Below, piece by piece: positions 1 through 11,559 of a stretch of DNA of 64,000 nt (positions within the stretch are counted from its first letter, which is position 1; every line of letters begins with the position of its first letter). A program made the position numbers and the translations under genes. The stretch is from Nitrospira sp. (lineage in GTDB: Bacteria > Nitrospirota > Nitrospiria > Nitrospirales > Nitrospiraceae). Under the pieces are notes generated by a model. The model ran no database searches. It worked only from the letters and a program-made list of their open reading frames with translations, and was not told the DNA's origin. The stretch is from positions 2,464,001-2,528,000 of the forward strand of contig AP038806.1 of NCBI GenBank assembly GCA_047150005.1, read 5' to 3'.

Positions 1-421
1 GGATGGGACAATCACTCGCGTGATCACCGACATCAAGGCTCCGAACGGCATCGCCTTCTCTCCCGATGAACAGACTTTGTACATCTCCGATGTCGATCCG
101 AAGCGCGCCGCCTGGCTGGCCTATGATGTGAAGGCTGACGGCACGGTCGGGAACGGCCGCGTCTTCTTCGATGCCACCCGGTGGCGCAACGATCCGTTCT
201 TCGGTCCCGACGGACTGAAAGCGGATCGGCAGGGGAATCTCTTCGGTACTCGCCCCGGCGGCATCAGCGTGATCGCCTCGGACGGCACGCTCCTGGGTAC
301 GATCGAAACCGGCCAACCGACCTCGAACGTCGCCTGGGGCGAAGACGGAACGACGCTGTTCATTACAGGCGGCCATGCGGTCTATCGCCTGCGTCTGACC
401 ACAGGCGGCGCTCATTTCTAG
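1..421 (+). CDS. SMP-30/gluconolactonase/LRE family protein (5'-truncated by window edge)
   Basis: [22 protein letters not shown] and TSNVAWG motifs typical of the SMP-30 beta-propeller; stop TAG at 419-421. Confidence 0.85.
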   Translation, partial: DGTITRVITDIKAPNGIAFSPDEQTLYISDVDPKRAAWLAYDVKADGTVGNGRVFFDATRWRNDPFFGPDGLKADRQGNLFGTRPGGISVIASDGTLLGTIETGQPTSNVAWGEDGTTLFITGGHAVYRLRLTTGGAHF

Positions 422-426
422 GGTCC

Positions 427-453
427 TGTAAGACTTTCAAAGACCGGCCGACT
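427..453 (+). promoter_or_regulatory. Putative ECF sigma promoter, TGTAAG-N16-CGACT
   Basis: One of four intergenic copies with identical 16-nt spacing; 9 nt upstream of ATG 463. Confidence 0.7.
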
Positions 454-462
454 CCATCCATT

Positions 463-3144
463 ATGACCTCGCGTCGTCAACGCGCCTCCAACTTGCCACG
501 GGCACTTCCGGCCGAGCGGCTGCGTCTTCAAGAGGACGCGCAGCGGCACCGCCACTGGAAGCGCTGGGGGCCATACTTGAGCGAGCGGGCATGGGGAACG
601 GTGCGCGAGGACTACAGCCATGACGGTCAAGCGTGGCGATCGTTTCCTCACGATCATGCCAGGTCGCGCGCCTATCGTTGGAACGAGGACGGCCTCGCAG
701 GCATTTGCGATCGTCACCAGGAGATGTGCTTTGCCTTGGCGTTATGGAACGGACAGGATCCCATCTTGAAAGAACGACTCTTCGGACTGGCCGGTCACGA
801 AGGCAATCATGGCGAGGATGTCAAGGAATGCTATTACTATCTGGATTCCACGCCGACGCACTCGTACATGAAGTGCCTGTATAAGTACCCGCAAGGCGCG
901 TTTCCGTACGCCAGGCTTCTCGAGGAGAATCGGCGCCGCGGGCGTCATGATCCTGAGTTTGAATTGGTCGACACCGGCATCTTCGACGAGAACCGGTATT
1001 TCGACGTCTTTGTGGAGTACGCCAAGGCGACGCCGGAAGACCTGTGCATCAGAATCCAGGTCGTGAATCGCGGTCCGGACGACGCCGAGCTCACGGTGCT
1101 TCCCACGCTCTGGTATCGCAACACATGGTCATGGGGATCAGGCCTCCGGCGCCCTTGTCTCCGCGAAGGGGAGTCCATGGCGTGTATGACCGTGATTGAG
1201 ACGATGCACGAGCAGTACGGCCTTCGCCGACTCGTGTGCGACGGTCGGCCGACGCTGCTGTTCACGGAGAACGAGACCAACACCCGCCGCCTCTACGGCG
1301 ACCCGGAAGGCGCCCGGTACGTGAAGGATAGCTTCCACGACTATGTCGTGGAAGGAGATAAGGGGGCGGTCAATCCCGACCGCATGGGAACCAAGGCCGC
1401 GGCCCATTATGTCCTTGCGCTGGCGCCCGGTGAGACGCAGACCGTTCGGTTGCGATTCACAAACGAGGCGCACCACCTCGGCTTCACGGAGGAAGACGTC
1501 GATCTGGTATTCGCCGGCCGTCTTCAGGAAGCCGACGACTTCTATGCCGGATTGGCGCCGGCCCATCTATCGGAAGATGCGCGCCTGGTTCAACGACAGG
1601 CGTTCGCCGGACTCCTCTGGAGCAAGCAGTTCTACCATTACGATGTCACTCGATGGCTCAAGGGCGATGCAACGGCCGAACGGCCGCCGCACGAACGCCT
1701 GCGCGGCCGCAACGCCGACTGGACGCATCTCTACAATGCCGATGTCGTCTCGATGCCGGATAAGTGGGAATACCCATGGTATGCCGCGTGGGATCTCGCG
1801 TTTCACTGCATCCCGCTCGCGCTCGTCGACGCGACATTCGCCAAGGAACAGCTCGTGCTGATGCTGCGCGAATGGTACATGCATCCGAACGGACAGATCC
1901 CCGCTTATGAATGGTCGCTCGGCGACGTGAATCCTCCCGTCCATGCCTGGGCCGCGTGGCGCGTCTACAAGATCGACAAGAAAATGAACGGCGTCGGCGA
2001 TCGCCGGTTTCTGGAGCGAGTCTTCCATAAGCTGCTGCTGAACTTTACCTGGTGGGTGAATCGCAAGGACACCGAAGGCAAGAACATCTTTCAAGGAGGG
2101 TTTCTCGGCCTCGACAACATCGGAGTGTTCGATCGAAGCGCGCCGCTGCCGACCGGCGGACACATTGAACAATCGGACGCCACCAGTTGGATGGGCATGT
2201 ACTGCTTGAACATGCTGACGATCGCATTGGAGCTGGCCCGCGACAGCCAGGCCTATGAAGACGTCGCCAGCAAATTCTTCGAGCACTTCGTGTACATCTG
2301 CAGCGCCATGAACAACATCGGCGGGGAGAAGATTGAATTATGGGATCGCGAGGACGGCTTTTTCTATGACGTCCTGCATCTGCCGCACGGCGAAACCCGG
2401 CACATGAAAGTCCGGTCCATGGTCGGCCTCATCCCCCTGTTCGCGGTCGAAACGCTCGACTCGGAACTCGTCGACTGTCTGCCCCGATTCAAGCACCGGA
2501 TGCAGTGGTTCATCGAGAACCGTCCTGACTTGGCGCAGCATCTTGAAACGCAGTCCCACGACGGCGGTGTCCGCCGTTTTCTCTCGCTGGTGAGTCGTGA
2601 TCGCTTGCGCTCCGTGCTCCGCTACATGTTCGACGAGCAGGAATTTCTTTCGCCCTACGGTATTCGAGCGCTATCGCGATATCACCAGGATCATCCCTAC
2701 GTGGTCTCGGTGATGGGCCGGGAGCACCGCGTGGAGTATGAACCGGCGGAATCCGGCACCGACTTGTTCGGCGGCAATTCAAATTGGCGGGGACCGATCT
2801 GGTTCCCGGTCAACTACCTGCTGATCGAATCCCTGCAGAAGCTTCACTATTTTCTCGGTGACCTTTACCACGTCGAGTATCCGACCGGATCGGGCCGGCA
2901 TTTCAGTCTTGGGGAAGCGGCGACGGACCTCTCGCGCCGGTTGATCCAAATCTTCCTGCGCAATCCGGAGGGAATCCGTCCTGTCTTCGGCGGGACGGCC
3001 AGGCTCCAGGACGACCCGGATTGGCGCAACCACATCCTGTTCTACGAATATTTCCACGGTGACAACGGGGCCGGGATCGGCGCAAGCCATCAGACCGGTT
3101 GGACCGGATTGGTCGCAAAGCTGATTCAACAAGCCGGAGAATGA
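463..3144 (+). CDS. Glycoside hydrolase family 63-like (MGH1-like) glucosidase
   Basis: [52 protein letters not shown] and [10 protein letters not shown] motifs; start placed at ATG 463. Confidence 0.85.
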   Translation: MTSRRQRASNLPRALPAERLRLQEDAQRHRHWKRWGPYLSERAWGTVREDYSHDGQAWRSFPHDHARSRAYRWNEDGLAGICDRHQEMCFALALWNGQDPILKERLFGLAGHEGNHGEDVKECYYYLDSTPTHSYMKCLYKYPQGAFPYARLLEENRRRGRHDPEFELVDTGIFDENRYFDVFVEYAKATPEDLCIRIQVVNRGPDDAELTVLPTLWYRNTWSWGSGLRRPCLREGESMACMTVIETMHEQYGLRRLVCDGRPTLLFTENETNTRRLYGDPEGARYVKDSFHDYVVEGDKGAVNPDRMGTKAAAHYVLALAPGETQTVRLRFTNEAHHLGFTEEDVDLVFAGRLQEADDFYAGLAPAHLSEDARLVQRQAFAGLLWSKQFYHYDVTRWLKGDATAERPPHERLRGRNADWTHLYNADVVSMPDKWEYPWYAAWDLAFHCIPLALVDATFAKEQLVLMLREWYMHPNGQIPAYEWSLGDVNPPVHAWAAWRVYKIDKKMNGVGDRRFLERVFHKLLLNFTWWVNRKDTEGKNIFQGGFLGLDNIGVFDRSAPLPTGGHIEQSDATSWMGMYCLNMLTIALELARDSQAYEDVASKFFEHFVYICSAMNNIGGEKIELWDREDGFFYDVLHLPHGETRHMKVRSMVGLIPLFAVETLDSELVDCLPRFKHRMQWFIENRPDLAQHLETQSHDGGVRRFLSLVSRDRLRSVLRYMFDEQEFLSPYGIRALSRYHQDHPYVVSVMGREHRVEYEPAESGTDLFGGNSNWRGPIWFPVNYLLIESLQKLHYFLGDLYHVEYPTGSGRHFSLGEAATDLSRRLIQIFLRNPEGIRPVFGGTARLQDDPDWRNHILFYEYFHGDNGAGIGASHQTGWTGLVAKLIQQAGE

Positions 3145-3461
3145 CGCTCGTCAGCCGTCTCCCGGCACTCTTACAGTCGCCCGATCCTTGTGTCGTTCGA
3201 AAGGCTCAATGCCGGCCCAATCGATCCGCCCCTCCTCAGTAATGGTGGAGACTGGGGTTCTACCTTCGACATGCGTGGAGGCTCGGGACCCGCACTTGCC
3301 GATCGGATGCGCTCGCGAAGCGACGGCGATGACTGTTCGAAGGTCCGCTGACCAGCGTAACAACGGACCGAGTTCCGCAGCCGAGCAGACGGAGGCGTAG
3401 TGCGGTCGAGCCGCAGCACCGGAGCAGGTAGGGCCCCGTCTCTACCCGCCTTTCCTTCCCT

Positions 3462-3488
3462 TGTAAGACTTCTCCCCTCCCACCGACT
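3462..3488 (+). promoter_or_regulatory. Putative ECF sigma promoter, TGTAAG-N16-CGACT
   Basis: Second copy of the motif; 7 nt upstream of ATG 3496. Confidence 0.7.
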
Positions 3489-3495
3489 ATGCTCC

Positions 3496-5061
3496 ATGCC
3501 GACCCATTACGACATCATCATTATCGGCACGGGACCGGGGGGCGGCACGCTGGCCTATAAGCTGGCTTCCTCCGGGAAAAACATCCTCCTTCTCGAGCGA
3601 GGAGGCTATATTCCGCGCGAGAAGGACAATTGGAGCAGCCGGACCGTCTTCATCGAGAACCGCTATAAGGCCAAAGAAACCTGGCGTGACAAGAACGGCG
3701 CGACCTTTCACCCCGGCATTCACTACAACGTGGGGGGCAATTCCAAAGTGTACGGCGCGGCGTTGCTTCGCATGCGCGCGCAGGATTTCGGCGAAGTGAA
3801 ACACCACGGCGGCATTTCCCCGGAGTGGCCGATCCGCTACGACGATCTTGAGCCCTACTATACGCAGGCCGAGCACCTGTACCACGTGCACGGAAGGCAC
3901 GGGGAGGATCCGACGGGTCCGCCGGCCAGCGCGCAATACAAATATGCGGCACTGAAGCATGACCCGCGCATTCAGGAACTGCATGATGACTGGATCAAGA
4001 TGGGTTATCACCCCTTTCACCTTCCTGTGGGCGTCATGCTGGACGAGGAACAGAAAGAGAGGAGTGCGTGTATCCGCTGCAATACGTGCGACGGATTTCC
4101 TTGCCTCCTCGGCGCCAAGGCGGATGCACAGGTGATCTGTGTGGAACCGGCCCTGCGCTATCCGAACGTTACGATGCGCACTCATGCGATGGTGACCGGG
4201 CTCGAGACCGACCCGTCGGGGCGCGAGGTGACCGGCGTCGCGGTCGAACACAACGGACAGGTGGAGACCTACCGAGCTGACATCGTGGTGGTGTCATGCG
4301 GCGCGATCAATTCGGCGGCCCTCTTGCTGAAGTCCGCCAATAATCGGCATCCCAACGGGTTGGCGAATTCCTCGGGCATGGTCGGGCGGAACTACATGTG
4401 CCACAACAACTCGGTGATGTTGGCGATCTCCAAGCGGCCGAACATGACCGTCTTTCAAAAAACCATCGGCCTCAATGACTTCTATCTTCCTTCGGCGGAG
4501 TGGGACTACCCGATGGGCCACATTTCAATGGTCGGGAAACAGGATCTCGAAATGCTGAAAACCGGAGCGCCGGCCCTGGCTCCAGGACTTGCGCTGGACA
4601 TCGTGGCGAAACACTCCCTTGATTTTTGGATGACCTCCGAGGATCTGCCGGATCCGCACAATCGCGTGCTTGTGGACAAAACCGGTGCGATCACGCTGGT
4701 CTACACGGAAAACAATCTCATTGCGCACCGGCGCTTGGCGGCCAAACTCAAAAGCATGCTCAATCGGCTCGGGTGTGAAGACCGTCTCATCCCGCAGCAT
4801 CTGTATCTCGGAAAGAAGATTCCGATCGCGGGGACGGCGCACCAATGCGGCACCGTCCGGTTCGGGCGCGATCCGAAGACGTCCGTGCTTGACGTCAACT
4901 GCAAGGCGCACGATGTGGACAATCTCTATGTCGTCGATGCGAGCTTCTTCGTCTCAAGCTCAGCGGTGAATCCCTCGTTGACCATTATGGCGAACGCCCT
5001 ACGGGTCGGGGATCATCTGCTGGAAAGGCTAGGCGCGAGGTCGCCGGGGATGGAGACATGA
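3496..5061 (+). CDS. GMC family FAD oxidoreductase
   Basis: YDIIIIGTGPGGG FAD motif, CxxCxxCxGxPC cluster motif, AHQCGTVRFG and VNPSLTIMANALRV C-terminal GMC motifs. Confidence 0.9.
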   Translation: MPTHYDIIIIGTGPGGGTLAYKLASSGKNILLLERGGYIPREKDNWSSRTVFIENRYKAKETWRDKNGATFHPGIHYNVGGNSKVYGAALLRMRAQDFGEVKHHGGISPEWPIRYDDLEPYYTQAEHLYHVHGRHGEDPTGPPASAQYKYAALKHDPRIQELHDDWIKMGYHPFHLPVGVMLDEEQKERSACIRCNTCDGFPCLLGAKADAQVICVEPALRYPNVTMRTHAMVTGLETDPSGREVTGVAVEHNGQVETYRADIVVVSCGAINSAALLLKSANNRHPNGLANSSGMVGRNYMCHNNSVMLAISKRPNMTVFQKTIGLNDFYLPSAEWDYPMGHISMVGKQDLEMLKTGAPALAPGLALDIVAKHSLDFWMTSEDLPDPHNRVLVDKTGAITLVYTENNLIAHRRLAAKLKSMLNRLGCEDRLIPQHLYLGKKIPIAGTAHQCGTVRFGRDPKTSVLDVNCKAHDVDNLYVVDASFFVSSSAVNPSLTIMANALRVGDHLLERLGARSPGMET

Positions 5062-6452
5062 TCGCGAGAATGCCCGAAGACGATCATGATGAGGCCTGCG
5101 GAATCACGCCGGGACGAAAGCATGTCGTCATTATAGGCGGGGGGTTCGGCGGCGTGTATGCGGCCTTGGAATTCGAGAAGATTCTTCGACGTGATTCATC
5201 GTTCGAGGTCACGCTCGTCAACCGGGAGAATTTCTTCCTGTTTACGCCCATGCTGCACGAGGTGGCCTCAAGCGATCTTGACATGACCAACATCGTGAAT
5301 CCGATTCGCAAGCTTCTGCGCCGAGTCGAATTCTTCCACGGCGACGTGGCGGGGATCGATTTAGAGCGGCGACGGATCCAGGTAGTCCACGGGCAGACGC
5401 ATCACGGACACACGCTGCCTTACGACCAGGTGGTGCTGGCCTTCGGATCGGTGACGAATTTCTACGATCTTCCCGGCCTGGCGGCCCGCGCTCTGACCAT
5501 GAAGACGCTCGGCGACGCGATCTACCTTCGTAATCGCATGATTGCCCATTTGGAAGAAGCCAACTTCGAATGCGCGGCCGCGTTGCGGAAGCCCTTGTTG
5601 ACGTTTGTCGTCGCAGGCGGCGGCTTCGCCGGGGTGGAAACCATCGCCGGCATGAATGATTTTCTCCGTGAGGCGCTCCCGTTCTACCCGCACCTCCGGA
5701 CTGAGATGCTGCGCCTGGTGCTGGTGCATTCGGACGATGTCATCTTGCCGGAGCTCGGCGAACAGTTGGGCCGCTACGCGCACGAGAAGCTTTTGGCGCG
5801 TGGCGTCGAGATCCGGACCAACACGAAGGTCGTCGAGATGTCCGACCAGGAAGTCTGCCTCAGCGATGGAGCGCGCATCACAACCGGTACCCTCGTGTGG
5901 ACGGCAGGCACCGCACCCAATCCTCTTCTCGCCACCTTGCCCTGTCAGACGAAGAGGGGACGGTTGCTCGTGGACGAATGTCTCGAAGTGCCGGGTTGGC
6001 CCGGTGTCTGGGCCCTCGGCGACTGCGCGTTGATTCCAGATCCGTTGACGGGCGGCTCCCATCCGCCAACCGGACAACATGCGCTCCGCGAAGCGAAAGT
6101 CGCCGCCCGCAATGTGCTGGCGTCCTTTCAAGGATCCGAAAAGCAGCGGTTCCGATTCAGGACGCTCGGCCAGCTGGCCGCCATCGGCCGGCGCACGGGC
6201 GTCGCGAGAATTCTGGGATTCAACTTTTCCGGCGTCATTGCCTGGTCCTTGTGGCGGTTCATCTACTTGAGTAAGTTGCCCCGAATCGAAAAGAAAATCC
6301 GCGTGGTGCTCGACTGGCTGCTCGATCTGATTTTCTCGAAGGACCTCGTCCAGTTCCAGACGGTCCGCGGCCAGGCCCCCGCCTCCATCACCGTCGACGC
6401 CGGGCAACCGGCGACTGAATTGACCGCAGAGCCGGTCGGGCCGACGAGGTAG
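5058..6452 (+). CDS. NAD(P)/FAD-dependent oxidoreductase, type II NADH dehydrogenase-like
   Basis: Two Rossmann motifs (VIIGGGFGG, VVAGGGFAGVE), FTPMLHEVAS and WALGDCA; ATGA overlap with the GMC gene. Confidence 0.85.
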   Translation: MIARMPEDDHDEACGITPGRKHVVIIGGGFGGVYAALEFEKILRRDSSFEVTLVNRENFFLFTPMLHEVASSDLDMTNIVNPIRKLLRRVEFFHGDVAGIDLERRRIQVVHGQTHHGHTLPYDQVVLAFGSVTNFYDLPGLAARALTMKTLGDAIYLRNRMIAHLEEANFECAAALRKPLLTFVVAGGGFAGVETIAGMNDFLREALPFYPHLRTEMLRLVLVHSDDVILPELGEQLGRYAHEKLLARGVEIRTNTKVVEMSDQEVCLSDGARITTGTLVWTAGTAPNPLLATLPCQTKRGRLLVDECLEVPGWPGVWALGDCALIPDPLTGGSHPPTGQHALREAKVAARNVLASFQGSEKQRFRFRTLGQLAAIGRRTGVARILGFNFSGVIAWSLWRFIYLSKLPRIEKKIRVVLDWLLDLIFSKDLVQFQTVRGQAPASITVDAGQPATELTAEPVGPTR

Positions 6453-6475
6453 GCCATGACGTTGGCCTGAAGCGC

Positions 6476-7528
6476 ATGAAGAACAGCGTGATGAAGACAC
6501 GACTCTACGCACAGTGGATGCGAGTTGCCGTCTTATGCTCAGCGCTGAGCACGCTGCACTCAGCGCTTGCAGCGGCGGAACCGCCCGTGATCGTCCAGGC
6601 AGTTGCCTCAATCGGCTTCACGGTCTCGGACATGGAGCGGTCGGTGGCCTTCTACCGCGATGTGCTGACATTCGAGCCGGTGAGCGATGTGGAGGTGGAT
6701 GGCCCTGAGTATGATCAGCTTTACGGCATCTTCGGCGTGCGGGCTCGCGTGGTGCGCATGCAGCTCGGCAAGCAACAGATCGAGCTGACGCAATTCATCT
6801 CGCCCCCGGATTTGCGCCAGATTCCCATGCCGTCGTACAGCCACGATCTGTGGTTCCAGCATTTTGCGATAGTGGTGCGCGACATGGAAGCGGCCTGGTC
6901 CGAGCTCCGGCGGCATTATGTGCGGCAGATTTCGCCGCGGCCTCAGACCATTCCAAATTCCAATCCGCCTGCCGCCGGCATCAAAGCCATCAAGTTCCGC
7001 GATCCGGACGGCCACAACCTCGAACTGCTCTGGTTCCCGGATGGGAAGGGCAACCCGATCTGGAAAAACCCCGGCTCAAACTTGTTCCTGGGCATCGACC
7101 ATACGGCCATGACCGTACGGAGCACCGAAAGCAGCGCCAAGTTCTATCGCGATCTGCTGGGGATGACGGTCGCCGAGGGAACGATCAACATGGGTACGAC
7201 GCAACAGTATCTCGACAGTTTGCCCGGCGCCCGTACGCGCGTCACCGGCCTGGGTTCGAAGTTGGGCCAACCCGGCCTGGAATTTCTGGAGTACGAACTG
7301 CCGGCGGCCGGCCGACCTTTTCCAACTGATTCCCGCCCGACCGATCTGTGGCACTGGCAGACGACGTTGGTTGTGTCCGATGTGGAAGCGGCGGCCGTGA
7401 CGTTGCGTGACATGGCTCCCTTCGTGTCAATCGGGGTCGTCACGGTGCCCGACAAGAGCCTGGGCTTCGCGAAACGACTCCTCATTCGCGATCCCGATGG
7501 GCATGCGTTGCAGCTGCTGTCCCCCTGA
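6476..7528 (+). CDS. Secreted VOC/glyoxalase family protein (tandem domains)
   Basis: Signal peptide; [31 protein letters not shown] and [11 protein letters not shown] motifs; exact start uncertain. Confidence 0.8.
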   Translation: MKNSVMKTRLYAQWMRVAVLCSALSTLHSALAAAEPPVIVQAVASIGFTVSDMERSVAFYRDVLTFEPVSDVEVDGPEYDQLYGIFGVRARVVRMQLGKQQIELTQFISPPDLRQIPMPSYSHDLWFQHFAIVVRDMEAAWSELRRHYVRQISPRPQTIPNSNPPAAGIKAIKFRDPDGHNLELLWFPDGKGNPIWKNPGSNLFLGIDHTAMTVRSTESSAKFYRDLLGMTVAEGTINMGTTQQYLDSLPGARTRVTGLGSKLGQPGLEFLEYELPAAGRPFPTDSRPTDLWHWQTTLVVSDVEAAAVTLRDMAPFVSIGVVTVPDKSLGFAKRLLIRDPDGHALQLLSP

Positions 7529-7626
7529 CATCTCCAAATTGCCGTGAGTTGCGGGCTATTCCTCCCGGTGCTAAGCTGCTCTCCCTCTCTCGGCCGGTGG
7601 CAAGTCCCGTAATGGAAAGGCTCAGT

Positions 7627-10014
7627 ATGGGAGACGGCCTCGTTTCGCTGAACGATCCCACACGGCTGGAGGCGCGCCGCAAAGCGGACGAATTCCTCCG
7701 ATCCCTCGTCGAAGGCACGATCACCTCTACGGGCGGCGACTTCCTCCGCGAGTTGGTCCGGCGCGTGGCGGCGGCGCTGAACATCCGCTATTGCTTCGTC
7801 GGGTATCTCCTGCCGGGAGCGAAGATCAGGACGCTCGCATTCTGGACGGGCGACGGACATATGGACCCGGTCGAATACCGCCTGGAGGGCACTCCCTGCG
7901 AGGAGGTGATCGCCGGCAAGACCTGCCACTATGCGCAAGACGTCCAGAACCTGTTCCCGCGCGATCGCGAGCTGGTGACGATGGGTGTCATGGGCTATTT
8001 GGGAGTCCCTCTGAAAGATCCAAAGGGAGCGGTGCTGGGCCACTTGGCGGCGATGGACGTGAAGGCCATGCCGTTGACGGCCGAAGAAATCGAGGTCTTT
8101 AGACTCTTCGGTGAACGGGCCGGCGTCGAGGTATATCGTCAAGTCATGGAACTCTCGCTCAAGGAACGAGAGGCCACCTTGCGGGCGATTTCGGAAGGCA
8201 CAGCGCAGGCCGTCGGCGGCGAGTTCTTCCATTCACTGGTGAAGAATCTGGCGGCGGCGCTCGACGTGACCTATGCCTTTGTGTCCGAATTCTGCGTCGA
8301 TCGGTCGAAGGTGCGGACGTTGGCCTTCTGGGCAGGGGACCATTTCAAAGCGAATTTCGAGTATGCGATCGCCCACACGCCCTGCGAGAAAGTATTGGCC
8401 GGGGAGCTGTACCACTGCGCGGATGACGTCGCCGATCAGTTCCCCCTTCATCGCGACGATTTAGAAGGGTTGGGAGTCAAGAGTTATCTGGCGATCCCCA
8501 TCACGAGTGCCGGCCGGGAGGTCTTGGGACATTTGGCCGTGATGGATACCAAACGCATGGAGTTGGGGCAGCTGGACCTGTCGGTCTTCAAGATTTTCGG
8601 CGCGCGGGCCGGGGCAGAATTGGAACGGCTCCACATGGAAACACTCCTGAAAGACAATGAAGAGCGGCTGCGCGATCTTTTCGATGAAGCACCGATCGCC
8701 TATGTCCATGAAGGGCTGGATACCCGATTCATTCGCGCTAACCGTACCGCCATGCGCAGCCTGGGTATCACGCCGGAGGAAGTCGACGGCACCTACGGCA
8801 GAACCTTTATTCCCGATACGCCGGAAGCTCAGCGTCGTCTGAAGGCGGCATTGGAGGCCATCGGCCGCGGCACGGATACGAGCGGCGTCGTGCTCGAGCT
8901 GCGTCGGAAAGATAACGGTAAGCCGCTCTGGATTCAGTGGTGGTCGAGACCGGATCCCAGCGGGACCTATACGAGGACGATGTTCATCGACATCACCGAG
9001 AAGGTGTTGATGGAACAGGAGAAGGCTCGATTGGAAGCCGCGAACGTGTATCTTCAGGAGGAAATCAAAACCGCGCACAACTTCGAAGAGATCATCGGGA
9101 CGTCGGACGCCATCAAGAAGGTGCTGAGGGCCATCGAACAAGTGGCCGGTACGGACGCGACGGTACTCGTGACGGGAGAGACGGGAACGGGAAAAGAACT
9201 CATCGCCCGCGCGATCCACCATCTGAGTAACCGGAAGCAGGGTGTGCTTGTCAAAGTCAATTGCGCGGCCATTCCTGCCGGCTTGATGGAAAGCGAGCTG
9301 TTCGGGCATGAGAAGGGCGCCTTCACCGGCGCACTCGCGCGGAAGATCGGCCGGTTTGAATTGGCGGACAAAGCGACGATCTTTCTCGACGAAGTCGGCG
9401 AGATTCCATTGGACTTGCAAACGAAACTCTTGCGCGTGTTGCAAGAAGGGGAATTCGAGCGGTTGGGCAGCGCCAAGACCATGAAAGTCAACGCGCGGGT
9501 CATCGCCGCAACCAATCGGGATCTGGAGAAAGAGGTCCGCATCGGGCGCTTCCGCTCGGACCTCTTCTATCGCTTGAATGTCTTTCCGATTCAACTCCCG
9601 GCACTGCGTGAGCGAACGCAGGATATTCAATTGCTGCTCTCGTATTTCGTCAAAAAGTTCTCCGCCGCGATGGGCAAGAAGGTGGAATCGGTCTCCGCCA
9701 AGTCGATGGAAATGTTGAAACGCTATCCCTGGCCCGGCAACATCCGCGAACTGGAGCATGCCATCGAACGCGCCGTGATTCTCAGCCAGGGAACCGATCT
9801 GGAACTGGGTGACTGGATGCCCAAGGACCCGGCGCATGTTGAAGGCGGCTCCACGCCCACGCTGGAAGACGTGGAACGCTCGCATATCGTGGCCGTCCTC
9901 ACCCTGACCGCTTGGCGCGTCAGCGGAGAGAAGGGGGCGGCCAAGATCCTGGGGCTCAATCCCACCACGCTCGAAGCTCGCATGAAGAAGCTCGGTATCA
10001 GCAGGCCGGCCTAA
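7627..10014 (+). CDS. Sigma-54-dependent activator, GAF-GAF-PAS-AAA+-HTH (FhlA/HyfR-like)
   Basis: Two repeated GAF units, PAS region, [31 protein letters not shown], Fis-type HTH; start uncertain (7612 or 7627). Confidence 0.9.
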   Translation: MGDGLVSLNDPTRLEARRKADEFLRSLVEGTITSTGGDFLRELVRRVAAALNIRYCFVGYLLPGAKIRTLAFWTGDGHMDPVEYRLEGTPCEEVIAGKTCHYAQDVQNLFPRDRELVTMGVMGYLGVPLKDPKGAVLGHLAAMDVKAMPLTAEEIEVFRLFGERAGVEVYRQVMELSLKEREATLRAISEGTAQAVGGEFFHSLVKNLAAALDVTYAFVSEFCVDRSKVRTLAFWAGDHFKANFEYAIAHTPCEKVLAGELYHCADDVADQFPLHRDDLEGLGVKSYLAIPITSAGREVLGHLAVMDTKRMELGQLDLSVFKIFGARAGAELERLHMETLLKDNEERLRDLFDEAPIAYVHEGLDTRFIRANRTAMRSLGITPEEVDGTYGRTFIPDTPEAQRRLKAALEAIGRGTDTSGVVLELRRKDNGKPLWIQWWSRPDPSGTYTRTMFIDITEKVLMEQEKARLEAANVYLQEEIKTAHNFEEIIGTSDAIKKVLRAIEQVAGTDATVLVTGETGTGKELIARAIHHLSNRKQGVLVKVNCAAIPAGLMESELFGHEKGAFTGALARKIGRFELADKATIFLDEVGEIPLDLQTKLLRVLQEGEFERLGSAKTMKVNARVIAATNRDLEKEVRIGRFRSDLFYRLNVFPIQLPALRERTQDIQLLLSYFVKKFSAAMGKKVESVSAKSMEMLKRYPWPGNIRELEHAIERAVILSQGTDLELGDWMPKDPAHVEGGSTPTLEDVERSHIVAVLTLTAWRVSGEKGAAKILGLNPTTLEARMKKLGISRPA

Positions 10015-10034
10015 TCGCCTCACACCTCGACTGG

Positions 10035-10071
10035 TTCCCAACATTTCGTGACCGTCCCAATATGTTGGGAA
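10035..10071. promoter_or_regulatory. Putative upstream activator sequence for the sigma-54 activator
   Basis: Inverted repeat TTCCCAACAT...ATGTTGGGAA about 110-140 bp upstream of a -24/-12 promoter, directly after the activator gene. Confidence 0.55.
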
Positions 10072-10178
10072 TCAATTCCATGAAAGCTCGTCTCTCATCC
10101 GGGTGACGCTCCCGCGTCTACACTCGAAACGGCCATTGCTTCAATGACTTGTACGGACCTCCATCTGTCCGACGCTCC

Positions 10179-10194
10179 TGGCATTCCCGTTGCT
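10179..10194 (+). promoter_or_regulatory. Sigma-54 (-24/-12) promoter
   Basis: TGGCATTCCCGTTGCT matches TGGCAC-N5-TTGCW with exact GG-N10-GC spacing, upstream of the STAS and ECF sigma genes. Confidence 0.8.
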
Positions 10195-10235
10195 GAGTAG
10201 TCGTGCATCAAGCGAACGCAAGAGAGGATGACGCG

Positions 10236-10505
10236 ATGTTGAGAATCACCAAGACAGAGGACAGCGGAACGACGGTAGTGCTGAAGCTGGAAGGAAAAGT
10301 GACGGAGCAGTGGGCTGCGTTGCTCGACGCCGAATGCCGGGCATTGCTGCGAAATCATAAGACGCTGTCGTTGGACTGTGCCGGAGTGAATTTCTTGGAT
10401 GCACGGGGAGTCGAGGTGCTGAGACGGCTTCGTCTGAGCGCAGTCAGCATTATCGGCGCTCCCGGAATCGTCACGGAGCTGCTGCAAACAGGAGGTCAGT
10501 CATGA
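10236..10505 (+). CDS. STAS domain protein (anti-anti-sigma-like)
   Basis: MLRIT...VLKLEGKV...LDCAGVNFLDARG STAS pattern; SD GAGAGGA. Confidence 0.75.
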   Translation: MLRITKTEDSGTTVVLKLEGKVTEQWAALLDAECRALLRNHKTLSLDCAGVNFLDARGVEVLRRLRLSAVSIIGAPGIVTELLQTGGQS

Positions 10506-11212
10506 ATACCGCCGCTCTCGTCAACCAGGACTTCGCAGGCCATGGATGTTCCCACGAACATCGGCCGCGTACGGTCATGGCGCCAAAGACCGATGAGGTC
10601 TTGCTGGACCGGCTGCGTGCGGGCGAGGAAGGGGCGTTCGATGAATTGGTGCGCAAGCATCATGGCGCGCTCGTCCGTATGGCGATGGGCTATGTGGCCG
10701 ATCGCGAGGTGGCGGAGGAGGTGGTGCAGGATACCTGGATGGCCGTCATCGAGAATCTCTCCAGGTTTGAAGGGCGGTCGTCGCTGCGGACCTGGATTTT
10801 TGGGATCTTGATTCATAAGGCCAAAGATCGAGGCGTCCGGGAGAAGCGGCATACGACCTTCTCGGCTTTCGAATCCTGCGAAGATGACAATGAGGAGGCC
10901 GTGGATCCGTCTTGTTTCCACCAGAGGGGCGAATGGGCGGGCCACTGGGCCATCCCTCCGCAACCCTGGGACGACCGGACCCCGGAAAAGCTGCTGGCCT
11001 CTCAGCAGGCGATTCACGCTATGAACAGCGCGATCGACTCTCTGCCCGGAACGTTCAAGCAGGTGTTGATTCTCCGGGACATTGAAGGGGTCGACATCAA
11101 GGAGGCCTGCGCCCTCCTCAACATCACAGAAACCAACCTGTATGTACGGTTGCACCGGGCGCGCGAGCGGGTTCGCAAGGTTGTGGAAGCGTATCTACAG
11201 ATTCCGGTCTAG
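10502..11212 (+). CDS. ECF RNA polymerase sigma-70 factor
   Basis: Region 2 AEEVVQDTW..FEGRSSLRTWIFGI; region 4 LRDIEG..EACALLNITETN..VRLHRAR. Confidence 0.92.
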   Translation: MNTAALVNQDFAGHGCSHEHRPRTVMAPKTDEVLLDRLRAGEEGAFDELVRKHHGALVRMAMGYVADREVAEEVVQDTWMAVIENLSRFEGRSSLRTWIFGILIHKAKDRGVREKRHTTFSAFESCEDDNEEAVDPSCFHQRGEWAGHWAIPPQPWDDRTPEKLLASQQAIHAMNSAIDSLPGTFKQVLILRDIEGVDIKEACALLNITETNLYVRLHRARERVRKVVEAYLQIPV

Positions 11213-11216
11213 CGTG

Positions 11217-11243
11217 TGTAAGAAACGGCCGAGACCGCCGACT
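11217..11243 (+). promoter_or_regulatory. Putative ECF sigma promoter, TGTAAG-N16-CGACT
   Basis: Third copy of the motif, immediately after the ECF sigma stop codon and upstream of the anti-sigma gene. Confidence 0.7.
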
Positions 11244-11302
11244 CACGGTTAGCACGTCAACCGGAGAGTCTCCAAATGGTACCCGATCCGTCCGAACAGA
11301 CC

Positions 11303-11542
11303 ATGCGGACGATGACATGCCGCGAAGTTGTCGAGTGTACGACGGTCTATCTGGAGGAGTCTGTGCGTGGTTTTGTGAGAGCCACTATGGATTCCCACCT
11401 GGCGTCCTGTGCCGGTTGTCGCGCGTATGTAGACCAGATGGCGTCGGTCCGTGAGGCGTTGAAACTGCTGCCGCCACCGGTCATGGGATCCGCGCAGCGA
11501 ACGCGACTGCGACAGGCCTTTGCCGCGCGGCGGTTAGGCTGA
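11303..11542 (+). CDS. Zinc-finger (zf-HC2) anti-sigma factor, soluble
   Basis: MTCREV...HLASCAGC (HxxxCxxC) motif directly downstream of the ECF sigma; no transmembrane segment. Confidence 0.8.
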   Translation: MRTMTCREVVECTTVYLEESVRGFVRATMDSHLASCAGCRAYVDQMASVREALKLLPPPVMGSAQRTRLRQAFAARRLG

Positions 11543-11559
11543 GATGGGGGAGAGGCATC

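Noticed and set aside
181..462. N-terminal extension of the glucosidase given in the ORF track (similar extensions at 3400, 40412 and 60441)
   Set aside because: The extensions overlap upstream genes or promoters and look like frame read-through; family similarity starts at the later ATG.
3145..3460. Short ORFs on both strands in the glucosidase-GMC gap
   Set aside because: No recognisable motifs or ribosome-binding sites; possibly a decayed gene but not supportable.
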